Source: Octopus vulgaris (lineage: Eukaryota). Taken from it: a stretch of 64,000 nucleotides of DNA. Below the pieces are notes generated by a model. It did no database searches, was not told the origin of the DNA, and was given only the letters and a program-made list of their open reading frames with translations. Positions 1-16,859 of this stretch are shown piece by piece. The DNA lies in NCBI GenBank assembly GCA_951406725.2, contig OX597820.1, positions 39,990,001 to 40,054,000 of the forward strand. Direction: 5' to 3'. The position numbers were made by a program, and so were the translations under genes. Positions within the stretch are counted from its first letter, which is position 1; each line of letters begins with the position of its first letter.

Positions 1-499
1 AGAATCATCTATCAATTCAGACAATGAGCCCCAACATCTGATGGCTGTAGTGGGTGTACTGGCAGACCTGTTTACTTTAGAATTCATTGAAGATAGTCAT
101 GAGATCGAACAGAGAAATGTACGATCCATCATTGACAACTCCATACTGAATAGCAAAATAAGTCCAACATCACTACACACACTTTCTACCCCATATGACT
201 TCCATTTCTTCCTCTCATTCCATCACATTCCCCTCCTCCCTACCAAATATACATAGAAACACCCACATAACTCAATTAATCTTCGCACTGGTCAAAAAGG
301 ATAAACATCTCTCTGGTAAACATCTATTAATGTTATATCGACTGAAGAAATGAATCCATGAAGATGATCTACCCGTTACCTACAGATACTACGGACTACC
401 CTGATATCAACCCCAGGAATACGGATTGTGATCTTAAGAGACATATGACTTGAGGAAACGCACGTAGCGATGCATTAAATGTTTATAAATTCCATCCAA
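1..499 (+). mobile_element. Probable 3' end of a retroelement (Penelope-like?) with hammerhead-like core, running into (TTA)n
   Basis: CTGAAGA at 342-348 and GAAAC-GCAC-GTA at 455-466, with partly complementary flanks (tatcga / gcgatg). The sequence ends directly in (TTA)n. No convincing protein match upstream. Confidence 0.35.
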
Positions 500-500
500 A

Positions 501-563
<63 letters not shown>
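500..563. repeat. (TTA)n microsatellite
   Basis: Read directly from the sequence. Confidence 0.97.
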
Positions 564-566
<3 letters not shown>

Positions 567-710
567 ATTTACCCAATTTTCATATCAGTACAACTCGATG
601 CAACACCAAAAGCTGGTTCACCAGTCAACAACGTTAGACTATGGCTGCCATAATAAAATAGGAGCTTTGTTGCATATCCAAAACGTTTCCCCTAATCAAA
701 TTTAAAAGAT

Positions 711-758
<48 letters not shown>

Positions 759-779
759 TGTGTACACACAAATAGATCC

Positions 780-1090
780 TGTAGAGACATGGGATTACAA
801 TCATGGGTTTCTGACTTTGATTCTTGAACGGGGATGGATGTTGTGTTCTTTATTTCATGTTGCTCCAGTCCACTCAGCATTAAAAATGAGTTGCAATATT
901 ACTAGCCTTGGAACCAAACTGTATCGGCATCAGTGTTTCCCTTGGGCAACATCGGTACCATGGAAAGTGGAAAGTGGAAACTGGTATGCATGGGCGATTG
1001 TTGGTCTTCCACAAACAAACTTGCTCGGACTTTTGCCTCGGCAGGGAATTCTCTTGCTGCAATTCCGGGCTCATTCATGACCGAACGAGT
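780..1090 (+). mobile_element. Degenerate tRNA-derived SINE (family E)
   Basis: Aligns by eye to the reverse complement of 28520-28826 (gagttgcaat...ctgtatcg...aacatcggt...tatgcatgggcga..gttggtcttc...aaacaa..ttgc..cctcgg). Confidence 0.75.
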
Positions 1091-1589
1091 TCCTTACATT
1101 TTTTTAATAAATATTCATAATCATCTACACGGTTTTCTATACATATTAGGCTTCGATAGAGGTATCAATGTATTCATTTCAAAATACTACAAATTTGTGA
1201 CATTCCTGCAAATATGATCACCTAAAATATATAACTTCAAAGTTAGCTACACTCCTTTACATTTTTAGCTGACCAACCACATTATCTACAACGAAAAATT
1301 GTATGAATTAAAAAATTTCATTCTCTTTCCCTTCAACTTCCTTCATCTTCTCCTGTTCTATTATTCATTTTTTAGGTAGCTAATACATAGCGTTTAAAAT
1401 GATATTTCTAAAGAACTGTGTGCATCGAAACATATTCAAACACATGCAAACTATTAAAATTAATAAATCTAATTCTAACTCTGTAAACATTGATTATTTT
1501 ATTCGGTTTGTAAATGCCCGCTTTCTAAGGAACATATACAAACTAGAATTACATAAACACACACAAAACATAAAAAACGAACGTATATC

Positions 1590-3350
<1,761 letters not shown>

Positions 3351-3748
3351 GTGTATTTGTAAAGTACAAATTTTTTTTATAAAACTTTAATGCATAAACG
3401 CGCCGATCTTGTTGCGGTGCAAATCGACACACGCATAAACGTACACATACGCAGATACTTAGTCACTCACACGCACATTTATATTTATTCAAGCCTATGG
3501 GTACGTGTGTTTATGAGTGTATGTAAATATTTGCTTGTATATATATATATATACACAGACGCATATACGTGCAATCAATGGGGAAGGCGCTCAGTAGATG
3601 TATATTATAATTAACTCGTTCTTGTTGGCAAATTTGTGTTCCAATCTCATTATTTGGTTTAATGATCTGAATTGGTAATCTCTTACCAGTTTGTTCTTTT
3701 TACTGAGGAGTGTCCCAACGTGATCACCATCAGCAGTTTCCATTGTTT

Positions 3749-3911
<163 letters not shown>

Positions 3912-4210
3912 CTAGCATGCAATCCATCATTTTTCTGGGTAAGTAGTTTGTTATTTGAAGTAGATTTGATTGTCATTTCTTGTTTATCGAGCGAGTATGC
4001 AGAAACTCACTCATTCTCTTAATTTTAAGTTGATTATTCTGTGTTGCTGGTTTTGAATCCACCCGAAATCTGCCATGTTAATATAGATGTAAGCATTGTA
4101 CATTTAATAATTGTCATAATCCCAGTATATACACTTTACTCTCTTTTACTTGTTTCAGACACACAAACATATTCACACACATACATATATATTTATATAT
4201 ACATATATAC

Positions 4211-4374
4211 GACAGGCTTCTTTCAGTTTCCGTCTACTAAATCCACTCCCAAGGCATTGGTCGGCCCGGGGCTATAGCAGAAGACACTTGCCCAAGATGC
4301 CACGCAGTGGGACTGAACTCGGAACTATGTGGTTGGTAAGCAAGCTACTTACCACACAGTCACTCCTGCGCCTA
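4211..4374 (-). mobile_element. tRNA-derived SINE (family B)
   Basis: The minus strand starts taggcgcaggagtgactgtgtggtaag, carries a B-box-like gagttcagtccc, then ttgggcaagtgtcttc...gaaactgaaagaagcc. Five related copies occur in the window. Confidence 0.85.
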
Positions 4375-6032
4375 TATGCTGAAAATAATTTCAGATGTCT
4401 TTGTCAGAAGATTCATCGATATATCTGTGTGTCATCATTATATCAATATATTTTTGAAGATATTTTTAAAGTAGCGTATTTGGTTCAAGTAAATTACAGG
4501 CGTCACTCAACCTTGTCCAACTCATAATAACAAGTTAAAGAAATAGAGGATAATTTCACTCTGTTACATTTACCTATATAACTGGATTGTGGTACATACT
4601 GTTACTTTTCTATCCTTTTATCAGGAGAAAATACAGTGCTCTTTATAGTTAAAGGGGCTTAATGAGGGGTGCGAGGGAAAGAGTGGTGATCCGACCCGGT
4701 GACATGGCACTAATTCTTGTAACACATAGTATATCACCCAAGGCATGCATATGCCAGATTTTGAAGTTAAACATGACGACAGGTTTTAGCTACCATTGAG
4801 GTAAATCACAGTGGGATTTGAATTCAGGACGTAATGGTTTGCAAGGAATGTGATTGCGCATGGGAAAACCATTGACATGGTAAACATTCCGAAATGGTGT
4901 TTTATATCTTATTCAGAACACTTAAAGTTTATCAAATATCTTAATATTTGATCGAGATATGCCATTTTCCGCGGAGAAATAGACGCTACCAAGAAAATAG
5001 GCCTTCTTGAGGAAATATAGAGATACATTTGACACGTTAAAAATATTTCACAGCTTTAGTCTTTCGTCATTCATAAAATGGGTAGAACTCCTGGTATTCC
5101 AGCTATAGTCATTTGCCACAACTAGCATCTAAAAGGATCCAGTAGTGACTTTGACCCCGTTTCTCTAAGTCATTTATTTAGCGACATCCAATAGGTTTTC
5201 CCACGCGAGATCACAAATATCAAATGGGCCAGTAGTATCATGTCCGACGTTCTTTACATCCGCCCATCAGGTCTTGGTTTGGCACTATTTTATAGACTTT
5301 GAAAAAATATTAGTAAAATGTTGGTTTCGATCGAATTTCAAATTCGACAGAAAGGCGAACAAATAAGACGAAAATGGTTCGTAGTTTCTTTTCTAATTCT
5401 CATCCAATAAGGTGAAACAAGTGTTTCAAGTTTTAATAGGTGTATATATACATGGGAAGTAGAGTGATAAATTATCCAGACGAGTGCTGTATGAGCACTC
5501 AGTTATATTCCTGGTTCAGACTCCCCCTCACACACTTTTTCCTCAAAAACTATGCTATACTATAGAAATAACGATAGTCAAACATATACAGACTGTGTTC
5601 ACTTCGGTGTAGATGTTAGGATGATGCACACATGATCGTGATTTCAAAACACAGACCGTCATTGCGTTTTTGTTCTTGAGCATAAAACTTCATTTAACGT
5701 TACACCACTACATTCAACTGTAAATGGTTAACTCTGCGATAGACTTTCACATATATTAGCATACGAGTTGGTATATACATACCTATATACATATATACAC
5801 ACATACACACACACGCACACACACACATATATACATATATATGTATGTATATATGTATATATATGTATGTATTTATACATACATATATATATATATATAT
5901 ATACATATACACATACATACATATATATATACATATATACATACATACATATACACATATATACATATATATATATATATATAATATATATAGATGTATA
6001 TATTTTATATATGTATATATATATATATATAT

Positions 6033-6122
<90 letters not shown>

Positions 6123-6124
<2 letters not shown>

Positions 6125-6464
6125 GAAGCACTCCGTCGGTTACGACGATGAGGGTTCCGGTTGATCCGAATCAACGGAACAGCCTGCTCATGAAATTAAC
6201 GTGTAAGTGGCTGAGCACTCCACAGACACGTGTACCCTTAACGTAGTTCTCGGGGATATTCAGCGTGACACAGAGAGTGACAAGGCCGGCCCTTTGAAGT
6301 ACAGGTACAACAGAAACAGGAAGTAAGAGTGAGAGAAAGGTGTGGTGAAAGAGTACAGCAGGGTTCACCACCATCCCCTGCCGGAGCCTCGTGGAGCTTT
6401 AGGTGTTTTCGCTCAATAAACACTCACAACGCCCGGTCTGGGAATCGAAACCGCGAGTCCGCTG

Positions 6465-6468
<4 letters not shown>
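6123..6468 (-). mobile_element. tRNA-derived SINE (family A, tail type 1), 5'-truncated, inside a (TA)n tract
   Basis: Near-identical to 38656-39007; B-box GGTTTCGATTCC on the minus strand. Confidence 0.9.
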
Positions 6469-6524
<56 letters not shown>

Positions 6525-6539
6525 CCATACAGTGGGATA

Positions 6540-6665
6540 TTCACCTTCTCGCCTAGCGGGGTATCATTACTCCGCATCACCTGAAGGCGACTACAACAAT
6601 GCTAGGAAGAGCATTGTGACCAACAGTATATAAGAATATCTGCTAGTCTGGTTGTTACGGTGGTT
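6540..6665 (+). mobile_element. Diverged copy of the family A type-2 tail
   Basis: Similar to the reverse complement of 49330-49440 (ctcgc..agcggggt...gaaggc...acaatgc...gcattgtgacca...atctg). Confidence 0.6.
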
Positions 6666-7121
6666 TATACATACATATACATGCATAGCCTAATGCTGGT
6701 AACATAAAATAACCTTTCGCTTACAGTGAGGTTTATATTCTGATACATTGCTACTTGGGTGAATCTATGGCTACCAAGCAATATATGCATCCTTGTTTTT
6801 ATGCTAGATTTGTACCATGGTAACTTGTTTTGTTGTAGTATTTCGTAAATGTAATTGAGCTAATCGAATTAAATAAAATTAGTTTGTGTCTGCCTATGAG
6901 GATGTTTATACGCATATATAGATGTATAGGTTCATATATATGTTAAAGGCATATTTATGCATATATACGTGAGTGCGTTTGTTTGTTTGTTTTATTTGTG
7001 TGTGTGTGTGTGGTTATTGCCTCACGTACGAAAATACAAGATGAAGTTGTATGCATTATGTTGCTAAAGATGTGTAGTCATGGTAATTTTGTGGACTGAA
7101 TGACTCCTTCCACTTTCCACC

Positions 7122-7256
<135 letters not shown>

Positions 7257-8050
7257 CCTATACTCATACATATATGCACGAACACACACAAACATATGTG
7301 TGTGTATATACATATACCCAAACAAACACTTACATATATTAGCATACGTGTTGGTATATACACACATATATATATGTCTGTATGTATATATATATCTATG
7401 TATTTATATACATGTATGTATTTATACATAGTTATATATTTGTGTATGCATATGTATATTATATATATTTGTATGTAGGTATAGGAGCATGTATATCTAT
7501 ATATATATATTTATTTACTGTGATATTATATTGGCTTTGAAAGCGAGGGGATTGTAAATATGCCATAATCACAGGAATCGTGATAAACTGATTGCAATGC
7601 ACTAAAAAACACTAAAAAAACATGAATAAATAAATAACTGATGTTCAATATCGGCTTGACTACATGTCTGTGTGCGATATAAAAGCGTATGGCAGAGCAG
7701 AGGAAGAAAGTAAAAAATGAGGGAAGGATCGGAATAAAGAAAGAAAACTAGTGAAGAAATGAAATGTATTCTGTATGGAAGAGCTAATGTTTAAACTGAT
7801 GAAAAGGTGTTTTGTGTGGGTTATAATTCAGTTGGCATTGTCTTATGCATATTTACTCCAATAATAACAGTTATGAATTTTCTTAACATTCATAAATGAA
7901 CACTCTTCATATCACTCCAACATGCAATCTCACATATAAAAAGCGAAATTCTCATCGGCACACACACACATACATACATACATACATAAATACATACATA
8001 CATACATACATACATACATACATACATACATACATACATACATACATACA

Positions 8051-8086
<36 letters not shown>

Positions 8087-8189
8087 TGTGTGTTTGTGTG
8101 TGTATAAGAATATATATATACACATATATATATGTATATATGTATGTATGCATATACGTATACATATGTATGTATATGTTTTTAGATGC

Positions 8190-8237
<48 letters not shown>

Positions 8238-8356
8238 ATATATATGCATATATACATATGTATATATATGTATACACACATGCACACACATATATTGATA
8301 GATAGATATATACGTAAATATATAGCTTGTAAATTATCTTTGAAATATATGTTTAC

Positions 8357-8429
<73 letters not shown>

Positions 8430-9075
8430 GTCTACATATAAATGTATATGTATGTATATGCTACCTATCAGTCATGTTTACTCATAAAGTTATTTTATAC
8501 AAAATCGTTGCTGGCGTGTATATATGTCGATATTTATTGCTCAAGATTCTTCTCCACATCAACAGTGTTGTTAAAAGTCATAAACAATGTTTTACATTAT
8601 CATGAGTAACCCCTTCCTTTCTTAGTTGACAGCAAATGTTGTTGTTAAAGAGACTCGTCAAGAATGCAGACCAGTTGTTCTCTTGGCTTTACAAACCCTT
8701 GAAACACCGACGACACTGAGACAGAAAGAAGCATTTATACGCGGGCGCTTTTCGTCTTCCCCCATCCTTATCATCCTTGTATCATCATCATTCATTCCAT
8801 TAATGTCTGTGTCCAGCCCGCAATGTTCTCTCTGTGTGCTGCCCTTGTGGCAAATTTTTATAAAATAAAGAAGCATTTATTCGATGCATAAATGTAAAAG
8901 AAGCATTTAGTCGAGTCATAAATGTGAAAGCATCATGTAGTCACGGACACGGATTAGTAAATACACGTGCATTTACATGCACACAGAGATACACACACAC
9001 GCACATTATTTTGTGTATGAGTCTGGTTGGGAAGCACAGATATTACTTAGAAGTCACACCTGCACCCATACCTAC

Positions 9076-9437
9076 ACACGGGTGTTATCGTGATCGTGTT
9101 TATTCCACCCATGCCCAACCAATGACAAACAGTGTTCTTTTGTTTGCTTCCCCGTAATTTAACAGTTCTGCAAAAAAGAGAATAAAATACTTTTTCATTA
9201 TTAGTTTCACCTCTAGAGCTGCGGCCATGCTGGGGGCGCACTTGTTATTTTAAAATTTGCTACAATTCAACAGCAGTGCGCCAGCTTGGTTGCAGCTCTA
9301 GAGGTGAAACTAGTAAAGAAAAAAGTATTCTCTTCTCATTTGCAGACCTGCTAAATTACAGATATGCAAACAGAAGGACACTATTTGTCATTCGTTGGGC
9401 GTAGGTAGGGTAAACACAATCACGATAACACACATGT
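9076..9437. repeat. Large imperfect inverted repeat (arms ~165 bp, spacer ~32 bp)
   Basis: 9076-9242 is the reverse complement of 9275-9437 (e.g. tagtttcacctctagagctgc / gcagctctagaggtgaaacta; gtgttatcgtgat / atcacgataacac). Confidence 0.92.
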
Positions 9438-9447
9438 ATACATATAT

Positions 9448-9741
9448 ATTTCTTTACTATCCACAAGGGGCTTAACATAGAGGGAACAAACGAGGACAGA
9501 TAAAGGGATTAAGTTGATTACATCGACCCCAGTGCGAAACTTGTACTTTATTTATCGACCCCGAAAGGATGAAAGGCAAATATTGGCGCAAATGTGCTTT
9601 CGGAGCCAGATCCTTGCTTCGAAGCCACACGTTTCCGGGTTCAGTTCTCCTATGTCACACATTGAAAAAGTGCCACCCATCTACTGGAGTCGATCAAAGA
9701 ACTGTGAGTGGATTTGATAGGTGGAAACTGCATGAAGCCCG

Positions 9742-9799
<58 letters not shown>

Positions 9800-10290
9800 G
9801 CATGTGTGTGTGTGTGTGTGTGTGTGTGTTTGTGTGGCTGTTTCTGTATATTTCTGTAAGTGGGTGTTTTGGGGTCGATAAAATATATACTAGTTGAACA
9901 CTAGGGTCAATGAGCCCGACTTACTCATCCCCTAAAATTGCTGGACCTGTGCCAAAATTTGAAACCAATACTAATAACTCATATTAGTTAAATAGAGTAT
10001 AATTATTGATAGAAAAATACAACTATTACATTATACTGTTTAGATCATTATATCTACACACCAATGTGGCGAATTGACAGAATCGTTAGTACGCAGGTTA
10101 AAATGCTTAGCGCATTTTCGTCCAACTCTTTACGTTCTGAGTTTAAAATCTACCGAGATCGACCTTTGACTTTCATCCTTGCGGTGTCGATAAAATATGT
10201 ACTATTAGAATATTAAGGTTACTGATAATGACTAACCCCTTTCCCAGCCAAAAAATTCAGGCTTTGTGCTTATAGTAGAAAAATTATATC
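9448..10290. mobile_element. Cluster of SINE fragments: family C (9448-9580 minus; 9860-9970 and 10065-10285 plus) and family B (about 9600-9745 plus)
   Basis: Motifs shared with 36365-36596 (atcgaccccagtgcg..act.gtact, gaatcgttag, aaatgcttagc) and with 4211-4374. Confidence 0.75.
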
Positions 10291-10899
10291 TACACCCTAA
10301 ATTCAAATTTCATGTTACTGACTTTAATTTTTCATAGGTTTAGATGGGCGATGCACAACTTATTTTCTACTCTAAAATCTATGAACGTCTTCAATATTTC
10401 TGCCTAAATTAATATCTGCTTTATGTGTTAAAAATTGCAGTATCGGGAGAACAATACTTTTGTTCTTTCGTGTATATAAAGCGCACAAACATGAGATCAT
10501 TCCATATTATTTCATACCTGTCTTGTAACCAAATAACTAGAATCACTATTAATATTACATTTTATTGGCGACAAGTGTAGCCAAAAATCTAGAATTTACA
10601 TTATTCTATTTATGATAAGTCGATAATAGGTAGTTTCTCATAGACATAGTATGACTATATGCAGATAAGTATCTGTTGTAAAAACTATGTAGAAAGAGAA
10701 AAGCTTTCCAGTTGAACTGCTTAAAACAGAGAGAAAGCACCCAAAGGTTGTTTGATATATCAGGTTTTGTATTTGGCTTAACACATATTCAGGAGATATA
10801 TAGAGAAATATTGGAAAGAAATACTTTCACTGGGCTGTAACATAACAATATATACTGATATACGAACACTCTACGCACACAACACCCATACATATGCAT

Positions 10900-10940
<41 letters not shown>

Positions 10941-11183
10941 TATAGTATGGAATATATTTATTGCTGCCGATAAATTTCGATGCGATGATTTGAAAATTTT
11001 AGGTCGATATTAGTGCCTCGTGAAAATATATATATCAGGTTAGTTTACCATTAAACAGTAGATGAAACGGTGCATCGTATAAAAATTACAGGGTAAACGT
11101 TTTTAATTTTCTCTGGTTGCGAATTAATGTTATTTGCGTTGAAGCTGCTTATTCTAGGTGAATGGCCTATTATGGCGTGATTG

Positions 11184-11215
<32 letters not shown>

Positions 11216-12404
11216 CATACATACACACACACATATATATATATACATACATATACATACATATGTTTGTGTGTGTGTTTGTGTGTGTGTGTGTTTATGT
11301 GTATCTATGTGCGCGCGTACATAAATACGTATTGATTGAATCCAATATGTCTATTCATTATATTTGGACAAAAGTGGATTCACTAAGCCAAAGTATGTAT
11401 AATGTCATGTAAACAGTGTGTAGACTTTTAACGGTCACTTCATTCCAACTAACACAGAAGCGCCGTGATACTCACGGGAATAATGGAAGGAAGCAGTGTC
11501 AGTATGGGCTTTTAGTCTCCAGGCAACAGAATTATTCTAACTTTCGCATGAGAATCCCTTTAAAAGAATCAAACAATGAATGCTGCGAGACAGAAGTCAG
11601 AAGTTATTGTCACCGACCAACCGCGTTAGCTTCGACTTCCGCACGTTTTTAACTCACTCTCAGCTATCCAACCTAACCAATATCCTGTTGGCCTTTCTCT
11701 AAAATCCGATACTATTTTCTGCCAACCAATCGCACTTAATAGCCATCCTGGCTTACAGAAGCACCAAACCAGCTACGATGCCGACAGAAGCTTACATTCA
11801 ATGAACTGAAAGTCGTGTTGTCTTTGTAATTTTTGTTGTTGCTATTTCTTTTTCTATCTGTTCTTAATTCACATTGCCAATAAGCAGAAGGATAGTTAGA
11901 CGCCATTGTTCTCAAATTCTATCCTCTTTCGTTCAGCTGGCGTCACTGAAGACATATCTGGAAGATGAGTTTCAAAGGCCTATCGTCTCAGTTTCCATTA
12001 GTAACGTTAATTTTCTTCCGTGTTCCTTCTAGAAGAAAGACGAAAATGACTTTTATGACTAGTCTTTCAATATCTTCCTCACTGGTTCAGTCTGCAGGAC
12101 ATGCAGCCAATATTTTTTTAAAATTTTGTTTTTAATCTAATGTCTGAAAAATGTTAACCGCATTTTTAATTTCTGCAATATCTTTAAAAAATAAATTTGT
12201 ATCTCTTATTGAATAAAAGAAGTTGCAGCAAGAAAACACATTGGTAATGTCTGTAAAACTCTGCAATGATTACATAACAATTTTGATAAGTAACGAATTA
12301 ATGATATGGTCTATTTACGTGTTACTAATTACCATATCACTTGTTACAAATATAAGAATAGCCTCTCTCATTTTACAGTATTAAAAGAAAGTAAAATTAC
12401 ATTG

Positions 12405-12818
12405 GGATCTTTTCGGTTTGAACGGCAGTTTTTAACATAATTTCTAGGTAACTAAAAGAATTTTAACTTCGTATACTGGTAGAATGTGTTTATAAAACAT
12501 CTTTTTCTCTTGGCTTTATTGAGAAAATTCTATAGTTTGTAAGATATTTGTTGTTCTTTTTCTGCAATTTCAACCAATCAAATACGTCTATTAAGGTGAA
12601 AACATTCTGTGCCATATGAATATGTCCCTCGTTTAAGAAACAGATTGGGTTTATTTACATTTGTGAAGAAAAGAAGATACCCTTCCCTCCACCCCTAACC
12701 CTAACCCTAGCCTTAAAACAGATTGAAATGCAATAGATCAATACTAGGGTCATAATTATGAGTGACAATTTCATATGACACCGCTAGAAAAAAACTGCCG
12801 TTCAATCCGAAAAGATCC
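12405..12818 (+). mobile_element. MITE copy 1: ~29-bp TIRs, internal CCCTAA repeats
   Basis: GGATCTTTTCGGTTTGAACGGCAGTTTTT ... AAAAACTGCCGTTCAATCCGAAAAGATCC; highly similar to the two other copies. Confidence 0.93.
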
Positions 12819-13019
12819 AGACAATGTGCTGCACGTTTCCATTTTCCTTGTGATTGCTGGCCTCGCAAATACCCCATTTCGGTTTCAGGCCCAGTGCGCA
12901 GTATTTCAGGTATCTTCTACTGTTGTATGGGATCGGTTAATGTCTTCTGAATATGTATGTATGTGTGAGTGTGTGTATGTGTGTGTGCGCATGCATTTAT
13001 TTATTTATATATTATAAAT

Positions 13020-13250
13020 ATGTGTGGCGTGGGGAGGTGATTTATATATGCATTTAGCGCGTACAATATAAAACGGGCGTTTCTTTGCGTCTCTGTAACT
13101 TAAAGGTTCGTCGTAAAGAGATCAATAGAAGAAGGATAAAATTCACAATACTTACTAGGGTCAATTTGTCTGACAAATCATTCCAAGGCAGTGTCCCAGT
13201 ATGTCTATAGTCCAATGACTGAAAGGAGTAAAAGAATAAGTGAAAAGAAT
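13020..13250 (+). mobile_element. Degenerate SINE 3' module (family D)
   Basis: gtaactta.aggttcg...aaagaga.c.atagaa...tccaaggcagtg.cccag.atg...agtccaatgactgaaa; related to 52665-52890 and 31355-31540. Confidence 0.65.
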
Positions 13251-13712
13251 ACTTACACTCGGCTCCCTCTGGTTAAATTAATGCTAAAATGTATATGGAC
13301 GGACCCGCCAGGAAACGGGGACTCTTCTTGAAAAAAACATGTTTCTAATTCATACATTTGTACTAGTAGAGAGAGAAAGGATGATTTTGAAAAGAAATCA
13401 AACGAGGGAGAGAGAGAGACAGAGCCAGGGAGAGAAAAGGAGATGCATAGAAACATATAAATGAAATATATTGTTGGACGGAGGGTTTAAAAAAAGAATG
13501 ACATGAATTAAGAAAAAGAATTATTGTGAGATACACATGCCCTGTTAAACTGTAAAGAACTGTACAGAGGAGAGAATATGATGAAAGGAGTGACAGGGAA
13601 AGTGGGGGAACAAATATAACTATGAAATAATATGATGAAAAAGAGATAAGGTTAGATACAGAAACTGATAGATACATTGGTCGATAGCTAAGTAGATAGA
13701 TGGGAAGATATG

Positions 13713-13799
<87 letters not shown>

Positions 13800-14670
13800 A
13801 TAAAGAATGAGAAAAGGGTGAAAAAACAATAACGAAAGTTAGATTGAAAAAGAAAAAAGTAACAAGGAAACAAAAAACTGTAACAGATAAAGAAGCAAAA
13901 AATATAATAGTAAATATACCAAAAGATCGATGAGATATTCAAGAAAAGAAGTATAACTCTAGAAATAAAGAATTCCGGAGTAGAATCTGAAGAATGTAAT
14001 AGAAATAATTAAATAAAAATCACCATTCTTGTAGACAGCAGGATGGCACCGATGAGAAACTGATAAATTTTTCAATCAATTCGATAATTTTTTTATAATT
14101 AATGTTATTTTTTAATTTTTCAATTTTATAATTCACCTAATCTTATTACATTTATCTACGGATTGTCTGCGTGCTTTTATAACTACAAGCCGATGGAAAC
14201 AACGTATTAATATGTGGTTCTAATACATATTTAGATTACAAACGTGAATTCATACAAAACACATGCATATACATAACAACCAATACCAACTATGTATTTC
14301 CTCCGTGTGTGTGTGGTGGGGTGTATATGTATAGATTTATGTATATATACATGCATGCTTATATACATGTCTAATGTACATGTGTGTATGTGTGTGTGTG
14401 TGTGTGTAGATATTCATTGGGTAGGTACTTCAGTGCAAATAGATAAAGGCACAATCACACAATCACGTATAAATATCGCAACATAAAGCTCACACACAAT
14501 ATAGAGGCACAGACATTTGCAAATGTAATTGAAATTTAACATTATTTTGTGAGTTTATAAACAAATAATTATGATATATATATACATATATATATATATA
14601 CAAACATATATGTGCACATACTTATAAATACACACACACACACACATATATATATATACATACATACACA

Positions 14671-14689
<19 letters not shown>

Positions 14690-14704
<15 letters not shown>

Positions 14705-14899
14705 TCATACACAATTTATATACAAATATATATAAATACACACACATATATATATATATGTGAGTGTGTGTGTATTTATATATATATAAACATATATATA
14801 TATATATATATTCATACACAATTTATATACAAATATATATAAATACACACACATATATATATATATATATGTGAGTGTGTGTGTATTTATATATATATA

Positions 14900-14905
<6 letters not shown>
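14690..14905. repeat. Tandem duplication (~108 bp) inside a compound microsatellite
   Basis: attcatacacaatttatatacaaat...gtgagtgtgtgtgtatttatat...aaac occurs twice. Confidence 0.85.
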
Positions 14906-14970
<65 letters not shown>

Positions 14971-15716
14971 TATATCCACATATATCTATGTTTGTACATG
15001 CTCGTCCATGTGTGTGTGTGGGTGCGGGATTAGTCGGTGGGTGTGTACATACACATACAGTTTAATACATCTTGGTATATACTGCAAAATAGCCTTGCTT
15101 CTTTTTATGTTTGTGTTCATTGTTGTATTGAAAGATTCTCTATCTTAAAAATAAAATAAATTCAGAAACGAGGTCTCTGTATATGCCTATATATGTATAT
15201 ATGTGTTAATGTACATGTGTGTGTGTGTGTGTTTGTGTGTGTCTATGTGCGTGTGCGTGCATGTGTAAGTGCTTGTATTTGTGCATGTAATAACAGAATA
15301 ATTTATTTTAATACAAATTATATATATGTATTCATATACGTAGTTATCAAATAATTTACATTTGATTCATCTTTTGTTTATTCCAGTTACGCATTGTTAC
15401 GCGACCGCATATACTAACCAATCTAATTAAGAAAATTGCTTGCAATTCGGCCGACACAGACTTGTGATGTGCCTTCCAGAATCGTAGCTCCTTTTCCCCG
15501 CAAACAGATACAGTATACGTATATTTCTTTCTTACTGTATATTTTGGGGTCTTTTTAGCAGCTTTTCCCGTTTATCGTATGGGCTATGGTGAGGGTTTTA
15601 CGATTTTCTTAAATTTATTGAGTAGTTTTATGGAAATCCTTATTGGCCAACTTAGAATATGCTGTAATGAACAAATTTATTACATGTGTGTGTGTTGTGT
15701 GTGTGTATGTGTGTGT

Positions 15717-15764
<48 letters not shown>

Positions 15765-15999
15765 CTTATAAACAAGGGCAAAAGAAAAATTAGTTCCATG
15801 CCAGCATGCTGATAACAGACTTTAAATCGTCAATTTCCAAGTTGTGTTCTGTGCCTCCACCTACATAAACATGATCACAATAAAAAACAAATATGGGACT
15901 ACTGGTGTGGAAGCCTAACCGTTAAAGAATCTTTGCTGGTGAAGATTATATAAAATCTACCATTATACATACATACATAAATACATACATACATATATG

Positions 16000-16093
<94 letters not shown>

Positions 16094-16701
16094 TAATAAT
16101 AATAATAATAGGGAATAAATCCAAACTTACAGGGAAAAATTAGATTTAGGATTAAATCCAATTTTATAGTATAAATATATTATATTATATTATATTAAAT
16201 TAGAGATAAAACCACTATTAGGCAACTCAAACAGTGAAAAACATAAGCCAATACATAAAATTAATTTAAAAATATAAATCAGCAATAGCGAGGCCAAATA
16301 TATTCTATATTGTAAAGACGATACAACGAAGAGCTAGAAAGGTTGGATAAGGATAAAAGTAATTTTACTGTCCCAAACTTCACAAAACTTATAGGGGAAT
16401 ATGAAAAATCTGCACCAAATAAATGATAAAACGACAACATAGTTATAGATTCAATCGCGCGTGCCCCCTCCCCACGCACGCATATATATGTAGGTGTGTA
16501 GAGATAGACATATATGTACACTAGCACACATGCACACCCACACGCGCATATATATATACACAAAATTTGCCTATAATGGCAAATTTGTTGTTGAAAATTG
16601 CCTACATTTTTTCCTGCGTGGAAATACACCCCACTTTTGTTTTATATGTATATATATATATCTCCTTCGCTCTCTCTCTTTCTCTCTTTCTCTCTCCCCT
16701 C

Positions 16702-16733
<32 letters not shown>

Positions 16734-16770
16734 GTATGTATATTGATAGAAATAATATATAATTATATGC

Positions 16771-16823
<53 letters not shown>

Positions 16824-16859
16824 CATACCTACATATATATGTATATATACGTGCACATA

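Noticed and set aside
718-1217. 120-aa and 94-aa ORFs
   Set aside because: They overlap a (TG)n tract and a family E SINE copy.
8626-8876. Overlapping 72-80 aa ORFs on both strands
   Set aside because: No recognisable domain or consistent splice pair; the region includes a local 31-bp tandem duplication.
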